Source: Bilabrum cf. latius (Eukaryota). Taken from it: 64,000 bases of DNA. The notes under the pieces were generated by a model. That model saw only the letters and a program-made list of their open reading frames with translations, did not search any database and was not told where the DNA came from. Position numbers and translations under genes: made by a program. Positions 37,713-51,400 of this stretch are shown here, in pieces (within the stretch, counting starts at the first letter, position 1; each line of letters opens with the position of its first letter). Location: positions 496,001-560,000 of the forward strand of contig OZ237766.1 of assembly GCA_965178125.1 (NCBI GenBank). The letters run 5' to 3'.

Positions 37713-40700
37713 ATGTCGGACCGCAGGAAGCGCAAAAGAGAGAGGGATGATGATCCTGGGAAGCAAGAATCGAAGCTGCAAGCGAGCATCACAGCGGCAT
37801 AGCGACAGAGGAAAAAGAAGCGTCGCCGGGACTCTTCCAGTGGATCTGGAGGAGATGGTGATGATGAAGGACATTATGATGGGCGCGCTGGAGATCGACT
37901 GGGCGGAAGGTGTGAGAAATAATGCAATATAGCTTCATGTCGCTAAGCCAGTTGTGTTTTGGCCGTGGGCTGGGCCTGTACCGGCGCTTGCGCACTTGCA
38001 CAGTTTTGTTGTTTGCTCATGTATTGCTAGCCTGGGTTGCGTTGCCAGATGACCGCTGCTAGCTTGCGCACACGTCCGTTCTGCGCTACCGTGGTGCAAT
38101 TCGAAGTTGTCAAGGGAAGTTCTGCTTCACGAACCGAATTTTGTGGCTTTACTTCAAGCTGATCGGTGCATAACTGCTTATGGTTAAAATGTGCATGCTT
38201 CTTTGTTGCTATATGGGACTCACTTTGCTGCTCCGTTGCCATCTGCCAAATCGGCTTGGATGCGTGCGTGCAACGGGGTCGCACCGCCCGGCCTGGGACA
38301 CGCCTTGACCGTAACGAGCACAAGTTCAAACTGTTATGATTCGTTGTTTTGACTTACCGTCGCAGACGAGATATTGGAAAAATCCGGTGTCGGGACGTTC
38401 GGCCGCGTGTACCTGTGTCGGGACATGCGGGCCGAGGGCTCTGGGCAGCACCTGCGGGCCGTGAAAGTCGTCCGACGAGTGGACCGGTATTCGGACGCAG
38501 CTCGGATCGAAGCCAGACTCCTCCGCGAAGTGAACGCGGCCGATCCCCGCCACGCCAGCCGCACGGTCCGATACTATGAGCACTTTACGCATCGCGGGCA
38601 CGTGTGTCTCGTGTTTGAGGCCCTGGGCCCCTCCCTGTACCACTACTTGAAGAAGAATCAGTACAGTCCGCTGCCCTTGTACTGCGTGCAATCGTTCGCG
38701 GACCAGCTGTTGCAGGCTGTCGCGTTCCTGCACGAGATGAGGATGGTTCACACGGACCTCAAACCGGAGAACGTGCTCCTAGTGTCCAGACTGGCATTCA
38801 GACACGCCACAAAGATGACGGCAAGCAGGATGCAGAAACCGGTTCTTGTTCCCCCCTCTACTGATGTACGGCTGATCGATTTCGGTGGAGCCACGTACGA
38901 CCACGAGAAGAAGGGGACCATCATCAACACGCGGCAGTACAGGGCGCCAGAGGTCATTCTGGGGCTGGGATGGGGGCCTGCCTCGGATGTATGGAGCCTG
39001 GGCTGCATCCTTGTGGAGCTGTACACGGGCGATTTGCTGTTCAGCACGCACAACTCTCACGAGCACATCGCGCTCATGGAGGCTTGCCTTGGCCCCGTGC
39101 CCAAGGAGATGAGGCTGGGCTCTGACGTGGCAAGGAAGTACTTCCGGTCTGACGGGAAGCTCAGGTGGCACGACATTGCGGATAGGCAGAGCCGCAGGCA
39201 CGTGGCTAGGATGAAGCGGCTGGAGGACATAATGCATCGGAGGGACGTGGTCTTCTGCGAGCTGGTCAGGAGGATGCTGGAGTTCGACCCAAGGAGGAGG
39301 ATCACGGCTGAGGAGGCAGTGAACAGCCCTTTTTTCACGGCGGTCCGTGGCAAGGTGAAGGTCGTGGCCCCTGCGGGAACGGGGACTACCAGCCGTGGCG
39401 GCGTTGGTGGGCGCGCGAGGACGCAGGGTGACTCGACGGGCCGGTCCACGTCGGCCTCGTCTTCCGCTGGTGCAGCCACGGGGGGTGCTTCGAGGACACG
39501 CGGGGAAGAGCATGGTGACGATAGGACGACGGTTCCGCTGGACGTGCAGCTGGGCACGAGGCAATCGGGCCGGAATAGCAGGGGGAGGAGGGCTTCTGCG
39601 GGTGCCGGCAGAACGGGGCGGAGCTCCAGCGGTGGGCGGGCGAGGGGCACGAGGAGGACGAGGGCGGGTCTAACGGTTGTGGCCAGCAGCGCGCAGGCGG
39701 GTGAGAATGGAGCAGAGACGCACAGCGGCGCGGGCGCTGCCACGAGTCCCCGCGGCGGTGGATCAGCTACGCATGGGGCTGCTTCGAATAGCCGTGACGG
39801 TGACGGGCGAGGCGATGCTGACAGGGGTAGGGACGGAGATGATGCCACGCCGGACTCGCCCACGGTCAGGTCGCCCAACAGAAAGCACATGCGGGTCGAC
39901 ACTAGCAGCGGTACAGGCGCACGATGCAGGGGAACTGGGGCCGGAAGGGTGGGTGCTGTGGCGGGGACGTTCGAGGCGGAGGCGGAGGTTGATGCGGATA
40001 GGACAAGTGCTGGGCTGAGAGGCAGCGTGGGCCCTGGGTCTGCGTCTGGCAGCCAGCCCAAGGCCGCTGGTGGCAGGCAGTCACTGCTGGCGAGCGCGCT
40101 GGATGTGCGCGCAGGCACCAGCAGGGTAAGCGAATCGAGGCCGTTCGAGCCCTCTGTAGCCGCCTCGCGGGGCGTATCTTCGTCTGCTCAGGCGAATGGG
40201 GAGGGAGGCAGGGGCGGGGTGGACGAGGGCGGGATGGTTGATGGAGTGGGCGTGATGGCTGTGACGAGTGGGGCTCGCTCCAGGGGGGCTGGGTCCAGGG
40301 CCAGCGGCGGCCTGGGCGGGCCAGGATCGGTGGGGAGCCACAGGTCTGGTGGGAGGATGTCATCGAGATCGTTTGCGGACAGGAGAAGGGGCGTGAGGGC
40401 GCCAGTGGTGGCATCGCTGGGCGTGACCTAGGGTGGGGCGGGGCCCGGGGCCACCAGCAGTAGCAGCAGCAGCAGTCACGTCGCGAATGGCGGCGCCGTA
40501 GATGAACCCACCGGTGGAGTGCTTGCCCGCATTCCCAGCAGCGACAGCGTGGCTGCCGTTCCCACGGGCTCCCCAGGGCCGGCGCACCTGCCATCTGGGA
40601 GTGGACTGGCAGGGAACAACATTGACGCGGCTCCCACGCCCCCCATCCGGTCCCGAAGTGATGCGGGTGCGCCAGGGAGCGGGGCACGGACCCGGCTGCC

Positions 40701-41001
40701 CCTGGATCTCGTTGGAGGCGGACTGCCACGTCCAACCTCGGACGTGCCGGCATCTGGATCGTCTTCTGGCAGCAGCAGTCGGGTGAGAGGTGGGGCGGTT
40801 CTGCCGCTTGATCTTGTGCGGAGCGGTAGCAGGAGGCAGGCGGCGGCCGCGGCATCGCAGGCGATCCTCGGGGCCAGTAGGGCGGGTCACCATGCGGGCG
40901 GCTCATCGATCAGCGGAGTGAGCCACGATGCAGTGTCTGTGCCCAGCTCCAACAGCATGGCCGGGACCATGGTTTCCAACGGCAGCACTCTGCACGATTG
41001 A
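37713..41001 (+). CDS. CLK/LAMMER-family dual-specificity kinase with long low-complexity C-terminal tail (~944 aa)
   Basis: Exon 1 (37713-37911) reads MSDRRKRK...DDEGHYDGRAGDRLGGR with TAG at 37800. Intron 37912-38365. Exon 2 has YEILEKSGVGTFGRV, HTDLKPENVL, IDFGGAT, TRQYRAPEVILGLGW and EHIALMEACLG (LAMMER motif). Reads through TAG 40429-40431 to TGA 40999-41001. Confidence 0.93.
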
Positions 41002-41708
41002 AAGCGACGAACGGGTTTCTGGATCCAGGTTCAAGCTGTGTACAATAGTGTCTACGTAGTCTAATTCTCATCCATGGATACGGAAATGCATCATTCATTC
41101 TACGCGACTCCACCGGCGTCACCCGGATCCGCACCGAAACAACAAACCGTGTCCCGTGCAAGTGCCAGCGGCCGGTGTTGCAAGATGTACCCTGTGGATT
41201 GCACGTACGGAGTGGGGTACAGGGAGATACTCCTATGTATCCGGATGCGAAACCAGTGAAATTTGCTTCTGGGGGCCAACATGAACAAGAGTATACCCGG
41301 ATCATCCCTTGGATCGGGAACATCCATGGATCAACCATCTTGTACGACACGTCGGACAGGTGGGGTCCTAGAGCTCGGTGCCAGGCAACCCGATCGAGTC
41401 CGACGGCATGCTATCATACTTTACTACGTCGCTGGTGAGGGTAAATCTAGTTGAGAGCGGCTTACAATCCAATGGATTGTTGGAATAGCTTGAGAGCCAC
41501 GGCCAGCTCCGATCGAATGTTCCACCAGAGACCAGATCCTGTAGTGCGTGCTCGGAGTTCTGTAAAAAGTGTGAGGACCAAGCAGTTGATCCGATGGTGC
41601 TGCTCCGTGCACCACCATCGTGACCCCATCCACTTGGCTTGCACGTGCAGGTCCTCGCCGACCTATGGATAGCTATCGCCTTCTATCCCGGATAGTTCCG
41701 TGACTGAT

Positions 41709-44700
41709 TTACACCTCATGCATGATCCCAACGAAGGGGCTCAGCCCAGTACCTCTGAGAGCAGACCCGATGCTCGATAGCTTGTCCTGCATATCCCCGC
41801 AACCCCGCGCCTTGGGACCTTTGGCGCTTCCTCTGGACCTGCCAAGCCGACTAGTCAGCCTGGCAGGTGGCGGGGTCAGGAACATTGCAGTACCTGGCGG
41901 GCTACTGCTGGGCAACAGCTGTTTCCCAGATACAGCCGGAGTGTGATTCCCGGACACGGGCTGCAGCGGCTTCCTGGACTTCGGCTTGCCAGCCTCGCCG
42001 ACCCTGCGCAGCACGTTGGGCGACAGCAGCGCCCTTGCCGCCCTCGACTCGCGAGCGATTCGCTTTTGCCTGCTGCCCTTGCTGGGCGCGGTGCCTGGGG
42101 GGCCCATACCGGCCTTTGCCGAACGACGCATATTGCCCGTCCTTGGTGTGCCAACGAACGACGCCGAGTTTGAGGCCCGCCTGGACTGCATGGCCAGCTC
42201 CGCTGCCCTCCTGAGAATGGTGCGGGCGTCCCTGCGGAACCGATCCGCCCTGCTGGACGCATCGGCCGCGGCGACACGGGCCAGCCTGGCCTCCTCCTTT
42301 AGATGCGACTCCTCAGCGGCAGCTGCCTGTGCACTGGCAGCCTGCTTGCGGCGCAGCACCTCGGCCACCTGCTCTGCCCTCTCCTTGGCAGTGGCCAGCT
42401 GCGTCCGCTCGCCGTTGGCCTGCAGCACAACGGCCTCCAGCGCCTGTGCCTTCGCCTGTTCCCTGGCAACCAACCGGGCTAGCTCGCGATCCGATGCGAC
42501 CAGGAGTGCACGAGCCTGCGCAGCCTCCCTCTGCCCCTGTTCCTTGGCGTGCAGGTACTGCCTGGTCATTGCCCTGAGGTCTTCCTCCAGCTGGGCCTCC
42601 CTCGGTCTCATGCGATGGGATGCCCGGCGGCTGTTCGGGCTGAGGAGATCGGGCACTCCGCTAGCGGCTGCCGGTGCGGCCTAGGTTTCGCCTCCTACGT
42701 CCGCGACTGGCTCAGCCGCAGCCTCAGCCTGCGATTGTGCCGCAGACCCAGTCGGAGACACATGAACTACGGTGGCAGCACCGGTAGCGGCATTGCCATC
42801 ACCCCCACCAACGGCACCAGCCCCCTCAGCAGCTATGTCCCTGCCCCCACCCAGCGCCTGCACCATCTCACGCAGCAGGGAAACCTCCTTCCTTGCCGAT
42901 CTCTCGAGGATGCGAGCCTCCGCGGCGTCCATCTCAGCCGCCTGTTTGGCCACCTTGACGCGGTCTGCGTCGTGGCTGCTGGAGCGCGCTTCGGTTCTGG
43001 CCAATTCCTCCGCCTCCATCGCCCGCTTCTCCGACTGCTCAGCGGCCTCGACCCGCTCCTCGGCGTCTTGCAGCAGCTCACGCAACGACTCCACTTGTTC
43101 CTCCAGCTCATCGGCGTACCCCGCCGCCTCAATCCCCTCCTCCTGCGACTCGCCGAGGGACTCGCGCAGCCGTTGCGCCTCCAGCCGGGCCTCTGCTCTG
43201 CTTTCCACAAGTGCATCCACCATGGCAGCGAGCCGGGTGCCCCGATGGATCGACTCGTGCAAAGAGGTCGACAGGCCCGTCACAAGGTCCGACGCCTTGC
43301 ACGCAGCAGCAGACGCCTGTCTGGCCGATGCGATGGCAGCGGACTGTGCCCGAGTTCGGCTGGCTAAGGCGGCCTTAAGCTAGGACACGGCCCGCTCCCA
43401 ACTTGCGTTGGCCCTGGCACTGTCCTCCCTGTATTTCGAATGAGCGCGCTCCGCCACGAGAGTTCCAAGCCTGGCGATCGACTCCTGTCCCCAGGATGCA
43501 ACTAATGCCTTCTCCAACGCCGCCCGCGCTTCCTTATCGCTCCGGCCTTGCGTCACTTTTTCAATGGCAAGCAGGCCCGCATCGTCACTCCACGGTAGTG
43601 CTGCTGCTGCTACTGGTGACTGGAATCCACCGCTTGCGGCGGAAGCGTCTTTCAATCGTGCCTGCACCACTGCTGCCCTGGCCTCCTGCATTGCCTCGGA
43701 CAACGACGCACTCTACAGGTCGCTCAGCTGCTAGTCTCTGAGCTGCTGAATCGCACTAAACTGCGCAGTCGATGCAGAAGCATGCCTGGTGGCGTCTTGC
43801 TGGATGGTGACCGCGGCACGGGCAGCAATGGCAGCGCCGTCTGACGCCCTGTATGTCGCATCCTTTGCGGCTGTGATAGCAGCCTGCATGGACTGCACCA
43901 CAATGCGATGTGCCCGATGCAGCCTGGCCATTTGGGTCTTCTACTTAGCGGGGAGGCTGGCGATGATGCCCGTTTGTTCCCTGGCTAGGGAGAGGAGCTG
44001 CCCCACGGAAGCCTTGCTGCGGGCCAGCGCTTTCGATAGCTTGGATCGCATCGTGTGTGCCGCATTCACTGCGGTGCTGAGCCTGCGTTCGGCAGAGTCT
44101 AGATCGCTGCGAAGTGCCTCCGTCTTGGACGCGTGCTTGCTACGCTCTTGCTCCCTGCAAAGCTGGTTCTGGCGAAGATCGCCCTCCAGCTGCTGCACTG
44201 CGGATTTCAGCAGCTACGACTCGGCCATCGATTCGCGGAGGGTCTCCTCGGTTTGATGCAGCTTGCGCTGGGATGCACTGCCGGTCTCCTCCAGCATCTT
44301 CTCGAGGGAGTCCACCTTGACCTCCATGTGCTACTTGGCATGCTTCAGCTCTTCAACTTGCTACTACACGCTCTCGATAGAATGTGTTGCTTGTTTCACC
44401 TATTCCTGCAGCTCCATGGCCTCCTTCCGGGACCCGTTCAGCTGCGCCTGCAGCTCCGTGGCCTCCTTCCGGGACCCGTCCAGCTGTGCCTGCAGCTCCG
44501 TGGCCTCCTTCCGGGACCCGTCCAGATGCGCCTGCAGCTCCGTGGCCTCCTTCCGGGACCCGTCCAGATGCGCCTGCAGCTCCGTGGCCTCCTTCCGGGA
44601 CCCGTCCAGCTGTGCCTGCAGCTCCGTGGCCTCCTTCCGGGACCCGTCCAGCTGTGCCTGCAGCTCCGTGGCCTCCTTCCGGGACCCGTCCAGCTGTGCC

Positions 44701-47700
44701 TGCAGCTCCGTGGCCTCCTTCCGGGACCCGTCCAGCTGTGCCTGCAGCTCCGTGGCCTCCTTCCGGGACCCATCCAGCTGTGCCTGCAGCTCCGTGGCCT
44801 CCTTCCGGGACCCGTCCAGCTGTGCCTGCAGCTCCGTGGCCTCCTTCCGGGACCCGTCCAGCTGTGCCTGCAGCTCCGTGGCCTCCTTCCGGGACCCGTC
44901 CAGCTGTGCCTGCAGCTCCGTGGCCTCCTTCCGGGACCCGTCCAGCTGTGCCTGCAGCTCCGTGGCCTCCTTCCGGGACCCGTCCAGCTGTGCCTGCAGC
45001 TCCGTGGCCTCCTTCCGGGACCCGTCCAGCTGTGCCTGCAGCTCCGTGGCCTCCTTCCGGGACCCGTCCAGCTGCGCCTGCAGCTCCGTGGCCTCCTTCC
45101 GGGACCCGTCCAGCTGCGCCTGCAGCTACTCGTTTTGTTCGGCAGATGCCTAAGCCGCCTTTGCCGCCTGCTACTGCGCCTTGCGAAGCGCTCTCTCAAG
45201 TCCCTTGGTGCCACTCTCCGAGACAGCGCGAAGCGAGTCCATCCGGTCCCGGGTGTCACCGGCTTGCCGCAGCGCGCTGGTCATGGCACGCCTGGCGTCC
45301 TGCAGCTCCTCAGTGGCGGTCTTAGCGGCAGCCTCCGCCTTGTCGGCCCGGTCCTCCGTTTCTGCCAGCTGCTCCATGACCGCCGAGTGCGCGGCAACGG
45401 CTGTCTTCAGCTACACCATGCCCTCCGTCCTCGCCCGACTGAGGGATTCCACCTGCGACTCCAGGTCCTGGTGGGTCTCCTCCAAGGCGGCGATCTTGCG
45501 CGAACGTTCCTGAAGTTCTTTGGTGAGCCGCCCCGCCTCCTCCTCGGCCGATTCGCGCTCGGAGGACTCGGCTCTCAGTCGCTGCTGGAGGTCTTCTACC
45601 TTCTCCTCTGCCTGCGAAAGGGCTTCCTGGGCCTCCACCTGGGCGCTGAGTGCGGCTTTTCGGGCCTCTTCCGCGGCCTCTGCTCGTTTATGGGCCTGCT
45701 CGATTGATGCCTGGGCCTCCTCCGCGGCCTCGTGCCTTATGGCAGCGGCTCGTGCTGCCTCCTCCTGCATGTCGCTGACCATGGCCGCAAGTTCCTAGTG
45801 CAGCTTGTCGTGCTCTGCCTCCAGCTTGCGGTAGGCCGAGGTGGCCTCCTTGAATTGTGATTCCGAGTCCTACCGAAGGTTCCGCAGCTGGTCCTCGGCC
45901 TCATCGGCCCTGGCCCTCTGCATTTCAGCGTCCGTTCGGGCCGATTCCAAGGCCTCCTCTTGCGCGGCAAGCTTCTCACGCAAGACGGTCGTTGCAGAGT
46001 CGCCTGCGGTTGCGCCAGCTTTCTCATTGCTGCATGTCTACGCGCCAGTGTTTGCGCCCACAGATTCAGCCCCTGCTTCCTGCAGCTTCGTCTCTCCTTC
46101 GTCGCTTCCCTCGCTGGCCTGGCCCTCCTGGCCGCCTGCTTCCTCCTCCTGAAACCTGCCTACCAGGGACTGCCTGGGAGTGGGAGGGGGCCTTGAGGCA
46201 GGGCCAGGGACAGCGGCGCTGTCCTCGGTGCTTGCTGCCATCGCACCCTGCTTTGGCTTCATAATGGACACCCGGCTACGGCGAACACGACCGGGTCCAG
46301 CGGGAGACAGCAGGCCCTATCCTGGTGCTGGCTGCATCGACTGGGCCGCAGCCGTTCGTGCCGCTTTGGCCACCTCTGCTGCATCCACACCGCCTGCTAT
46401 CTCTTTGCCCAGCCACATTTGCCATCTCTCGGGCGCGAGCGACTCGCCCGTGGCCAAAGCCTTAAAGTCATCACGCGCGATCGAAAGCCGCCTCTGCAGT
46501 CGTTCGATCCGCCGCCTGGCCTCCTCTGCGCCCAGCTGCACGCTAGCCTTTGGCTTGCATTTCACAAGGGAGGCGCGGGTACCAAAGCGGAGCGTGGACT
46601 GAGTCTCTGCCGCGTGCACGGCAGCTGGGGACACCGTAACCACCAGCCTCGTCCTGCTGTTGCCACCCAGCGAGTCCTGCAGCAGGCGAGTGAGCTTCGA
46701 GTCGCGATACGGGATGTGGTCCTTCCCCTGGGTCAGTGCCATGATCACGTTGCCCAGGGCGCTGAGGCTCCGATTGATAGACGATGCCTCACGGAGGGTG
46801 GCGCCCTCTGCCCCCGTCTTGCTGGCCAGCTCAGAGCCTGCTAGATCTACGAGGAGAAGCCGACCGGTGGTGGTACTGCCAGCCGCGATGGACATGGGGT
46901 CGGGGTCCGTGAGGGTCGACTCACCTCCCTGGGAGGGTGCATCGTCTGCTCCTGCGCCTGAAGTGGCAGGGGCTGTGTGCTTGGCCCACAGACAGAAGAG
47001 GGCGTGGGACCTGCTGGAGGCCCGGTTGAGCAGCGTCTCCGCCACCGCCCTTGCCGCCTGCCCCTGCCGAAACACGCCCATGGCCTCCTCGGCAGAGGTC
47101 AGCGGAACCACCGCGGCGCCCTCCGCCCACAGGCCAAGCTCCGGGTCATTCCGGATCCGGAGGCAATCCCCACCCGCACCGCCACCTATAGAAGCACGGG
47201 GGGAGGGCGGGGGCACAGCCGAGTCGCGCCTGCTGCTGCTGCTGCTGGCCCTTCTTGAACCGCTGCTGTCCCGCCGTCCTGCCGAGGAGGAAGAGGCTCG
47301 TCGGATGGAGCGGCGCCTTGGGGTGTTGCTGCTGCTACTGCCTGCAGGTGCTCTCTGTCTGCCCCGGGACACTGACTGCCTCTAGACACTGCCCCTGCGG
47401 CTGTCCCGGCCTGTGCCCCTGGAGCGAGAGGGTGTCTGCCCTTGATCCGCGTCCTCCTCCTGTCCCCCCTCTGCTCCTTTAGAGCTTAACTTGTTCCCCG
47501 CGGCACCAACTGGTGCTGTCACTGCCGGGACCCTCTGTTCCCCAGCCATCCGTTGTTCCTCGAGGAGGTCGTGCACCCGCTCGTTGTGGATCTCAAGCAT
47601 GGAGCACTGGACCTGCACATCGTGACCCGCTGCCTTCAGGGCACCCACGCGGTGGAAGAGGTCTGCCAGAGCTCGGGGCACGATGCCTGCCTCGGAAGGG

Positions 47701-48355
47701 AGGCAGGTGCTTGGGGAGCTAGTGGCGGCGGTGGCGGCAGCAGGTGCGGCCTCCTGTCCGGCGCAGCTGCTGCTCGCTCCCTGGATATCATCATCTGCTT
47801 CTGTTCCCGACAATGGCCCCTCGATCTCCTCGATTTCGGATTCGCCTGCCATTGTATGAGTCTTTCCGCTACCGCTCTGGCCGTATGCAAACACCGTTCT
47901 GCAGTATACTGGAATGTGACACAAGCCATGCGGACGACGCGAATCGATTCTTGTGCGGCGGCCTTGCATGACAGCCATCACGTGAGCTAAGCTACCTGCT
48001 CTAATTGAAACATATCTCACCCATTTATACCACACAGTACTGATTTCACCAGAGGGCGAGATACCTAGTCGTACACCTGCTGTTGTTTGGATCCAGGCCC
48101 AAACACTGTCCAGTCCTCGCCACCGAATTCCTGCTTACTCGATTGTTTTCCCTTTCTAGAAATAATTTCTACTGATTTCGCACCGCACTATGCTCGAACT
48201 CTGCGGCATTGGAAGCTCTGTGTGTGGTGAATCGAGACGTGGCCCACTGCGTCCGTGCAACTCGCGGTGGTACCACTACGAACTTACCCAGACTCTCCTT
48301 CGGAGCCGTCTGGCCGCAAAGGCCTGACTCGACAATACACTTTTACAAAGCTCAT
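41709..48355 (-). CDS. Kinesin, N-terminal motor (kinesin-1-like) with long coiled-coil tail (~2,145 aa with TAG as sense)
   Basis: Exons 48355-48288 (MSFVKVYCRVRP), 48200-48021 (VFGPGSKQQQVYD*VSRPLVKSVLCGING) and 47898-41709 (TVFAYGQSGSGKT, SSRSHA, LVDLAGSE, INRSLSALGNVI, HIPYRDSKLTRLLQDSLGGNSRT). Ten ORF fragments share one frame, are separated only by TAG and end at TAA 41709-41711. Confidence 0.95.
44405..45127 (-). repeat. 42-bp coding tandem repeat, ~17 copies, ELQAQLDGSRKEAT (two heptads) in the kinesin stalk
   Basis: Plus-strand unit cagctgtgcctgcagctccgtggcctccttccgggacccgtc, nearly invariant. Confidence 0.97.
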
Positions 48356-48465
48356 GGTAGCTAGGCGATGTGAAACGATATGGAGTGAAGTGACAGACAA
48401 TATCCAACGGGTGTGAAATTTCGGTGGTTGCAACCGCCTCTCAGGCCAGTGTTGGATTCCGGTCG
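48356..48465. promoter_or_regulatory. Putative very short bidirectional promoter between kinesin and the giant GAF-like gene
   Basis: Divergent ATGs are 110-143 bp apart. Inferred from position only. Confidence 0.5.
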
Positions 48466-51400
48466 ATGCGTGCTGTTACCGCAATCGTAACCTCGATCAT
48501 GGAACGAGTTGGTGATTTATTTCGAGAGTCAGGGGCACAGATTGAAGCAAGCTTGCGACGAGGACGAGAAGACCGTATCGGACGCAGACGAGCTGAAAAG
48601 CTACTCGTCGCAACGAGCCGTTTGGGTCCATGCGTGGGTGGGAATGCCATAGATGAGCCAGACATTGAGCGTGTGTAGGAAGCTGTAGAATCAGTAGCAA
48701 GGTGCTTCGAGGTTGCATCGGAGGCACCTGTTCGCATATTTTTAACGGCAGTGTCCGCGTAGTCCAAGAGCGGCCCAGGCAGGTATCCATCGCTTGTTTG
48801 CGCTTCTGGCGCTCTTCATGGCGAAGACCATCCGTCACAGTTTGTTCAAAGGAATAGGTTTGTCAAGTTTGACTGGGCACTTGCGGATCACGGCATCAGC
48901 CTCAGCGGTGGTCCTTCCCTCGGTGGTCATGGTCGCACCAACAGCCCGCCCACCAGCCGCCGGCTTGACCTAGGGGCGTCCGAAGGCAGCACAGCTGATG
49001 GCCAGATCCCTCCAGAAAGCAATATAGGAAGCATGTACGAGCATGGCGCGATCGGATTCTGCGCGGCGGAGGATGTGCGAGCGAGCACCGCAGCATCCGG
49101 ACCGCTGGGCAGCGGCTCGCTGATCCAGGCCCTCATGGACGAAGCGGTTCGTGAAGGTTCGCTGGGGAAGGCCGCCGCACCCGTGTGGTTGCAGTCCGAG
49201 CCGGCGGTGCTGCAGTACATCACTGATGTGACGAGGGCGCTGGAGCGTGGGGAGCGAGCGGCGCGGTCGGCTGGCGGTCGCAAGGCAACCGGTCGAGGCG
49301 CCCGTGGTCGCACGGGCAGGGCGGTCCGGTCGGTTTCCGTTCGAAGCAGATCCCGAAGACAAGTCGACAGCACTGTCCCTGGCCATGAGAAGGGCGCACA
49401 CGGCAGCAAGTCGCATGCAAGGCATCGTCACGATGGGAGAGGCGGTCCTGGGCATCGTAGGCCTAGGAGCTCCACTAGTGGGCGCAAGCGGGCTCGGCTT
49501 CCCGGGAGCAGAAGCAAAAGCAGGAGCAGAAAGGGCGATCCTGGTCGGGGGAGGCACCGCGATAGGCCGCCCAGGTACTCGTCACACTCGCCGAGCCGCT
49601 CAGCAGTGCCTGCAACCGTGTCAGAACAGCGGCTGATGGAGACCGCGGCCGATGTGGCCGCTTCAGGCGGCATCGTTTTTGTCCCCCTCGTCGTGTGCAG
49701 TGATGTGACTAGTGCGAATGGCACCGCGGAAGAGTCGTTCTCAGCAGCTGGTACCATGGTTCCGACGTCAGACCAGGAAATGGGTGGCCGAAGAGGCGCA
49801 GTGGCAGTGGGATGGGTGGAAATCAGGCCGCCAGTGGGTGCGTATCAGGGATCAAGGGAACAGAGAAGAATGCTCACGGACGGGCAAGCTGGAACAACGG
49901 GCCCTGTGGGACAGGCAACTGTCGGCCCATCCGCCGGCTTCTCCATGGGCAGCCCAGACTCGATGCTGACCGGGGCCGGCGCCGCGGCGGATGGTTCCGC
50001 TGCCACCGGTGCAGGACCGTACGCAGGCGGACCCCTTGGCGCAGAGGGGGGCACTGGGTCTGCACCTGGTCTAGGGCAGCATGGTGTTGGCGCTGCCAGC
50101 TCGACCCGGTGGTGGAGGGCGAGGGATGGTGGGGTCACCGTGGCTTCGTGGTCGACTGTGAGCGGTGCGGCGGCCGCACTCGTCAGGGCGTCGGCGTGTT
50201 GGCAGGCGTCAGCGGGAGCGGCGCATACTCGTGGCAAGATCATTTCGCGGTTGCGGAACCGGTTGCAACTAGAAGGACAGCTGGCCGCGCTGCGTGTTCG
50301 GCTACAGGAGCACGAAGCGGGACACCGCGCCGGTCTCGATCCCACACAGCAGCCCGGTGGCACAGAGGTTCTGGCCGCCCGTATGGCGCAATCGCTGCTA
50401 GACGCTGGGAGCGCCCTCCGACAGTTCGTGCATCTCTCTGGTTCGGGCAATTTAGGGAAGAAATCGGGGTCCAAGGCGGGGAGGAAGGTGCGCGCCAGGT
50501 GCCTCCTATGGCGATCGGAGCTGGGCCAGGGAACAAGAAGGGCCGAAGAGTCGAGGCAGGAGGCGGCACGTGAGTTCCTAGCCGCACTGATGCGAGAAGG
50601 GGGCTAGGAGGAGCGCTAGGCAGAGAGGGCAACAGGGACGGGCACAGGTGCGAGTGCAGTCACTCGGAGGCCGTTTGCAGCTGCTGCTGGCGGGGACAGG
50701 CAAAGGGGTGGCCGACAGGCTGGTGGTGGGGAGGTCGTACCACAGGACGAGGACGTGCTGGTGGCAGGCGCTGGATCGGGGCCCAATCGGCTGTCTTGGA
50801 GTGTGACGAGTGCTCGTTCATTCCTCTTGGAGGCCCTAGCGCTGATGAAATCAGGCAGCAGCGAGTCCATCGATTCCTCTGATGCGGTCGATGCAGGCGC
50901 GGGGCTTGAAGCCCATAGCATTGTGTCGGACATCGATGGTGGCAGTGTGGTGGGATCTGGCCGCGGCGAAATAGGGATTGCCTGTAGGCTGCTTCGTGGG
51001 AATGATGCGATCCACGCCCTCGAGGCTCTGGGCATGCCGCTTACCGCCGAGGGGCGCCGCGCTAGGAGGTTCCGCTCAGTATCCAGATAGAGACGAGGTC
51101 GCCCACTATCCCGAGCACGTTCTCCATCGCCCAGCGGCAGCAGCGGCAGTTACACGCAAGATTTTGAAGACGATGACGATGAAGATGACATTGGTGATGG
51201 GCATGGTGAGTCAGGGGTGGTGGGTGATGGGGACAGTGCCAGCGAACTCGATGGCGAGTCCAGTAGCTCTGACGGCGGCTCATCGACGGGGGAATGGACC
51301 GATGATACGGAAAGTTCGGACGGGGTGGTGTCAGGCAAACGAGGCGGCAGGAGCAGGAGCAGGAGCAGGAGTCGCGCGAGCAGACGCAGCAGGCCCCACT

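Noticed and set aside
41002-41708. Abundant short GGATCC/ATCCATGGAT-type palindromes between convergent genes
   Set aside because: They have no regular spacing or long stem and cannot be distinguished from compositional bias without statistics.
44133-45707. Plus-strand repetitive ORFs (LQLRGLLPGPVQLC, SVASFRDPSSCACS, APWPPSGTRP)
   Set aside because: They are antisense shadows of the kinesin 42-bp repeat.
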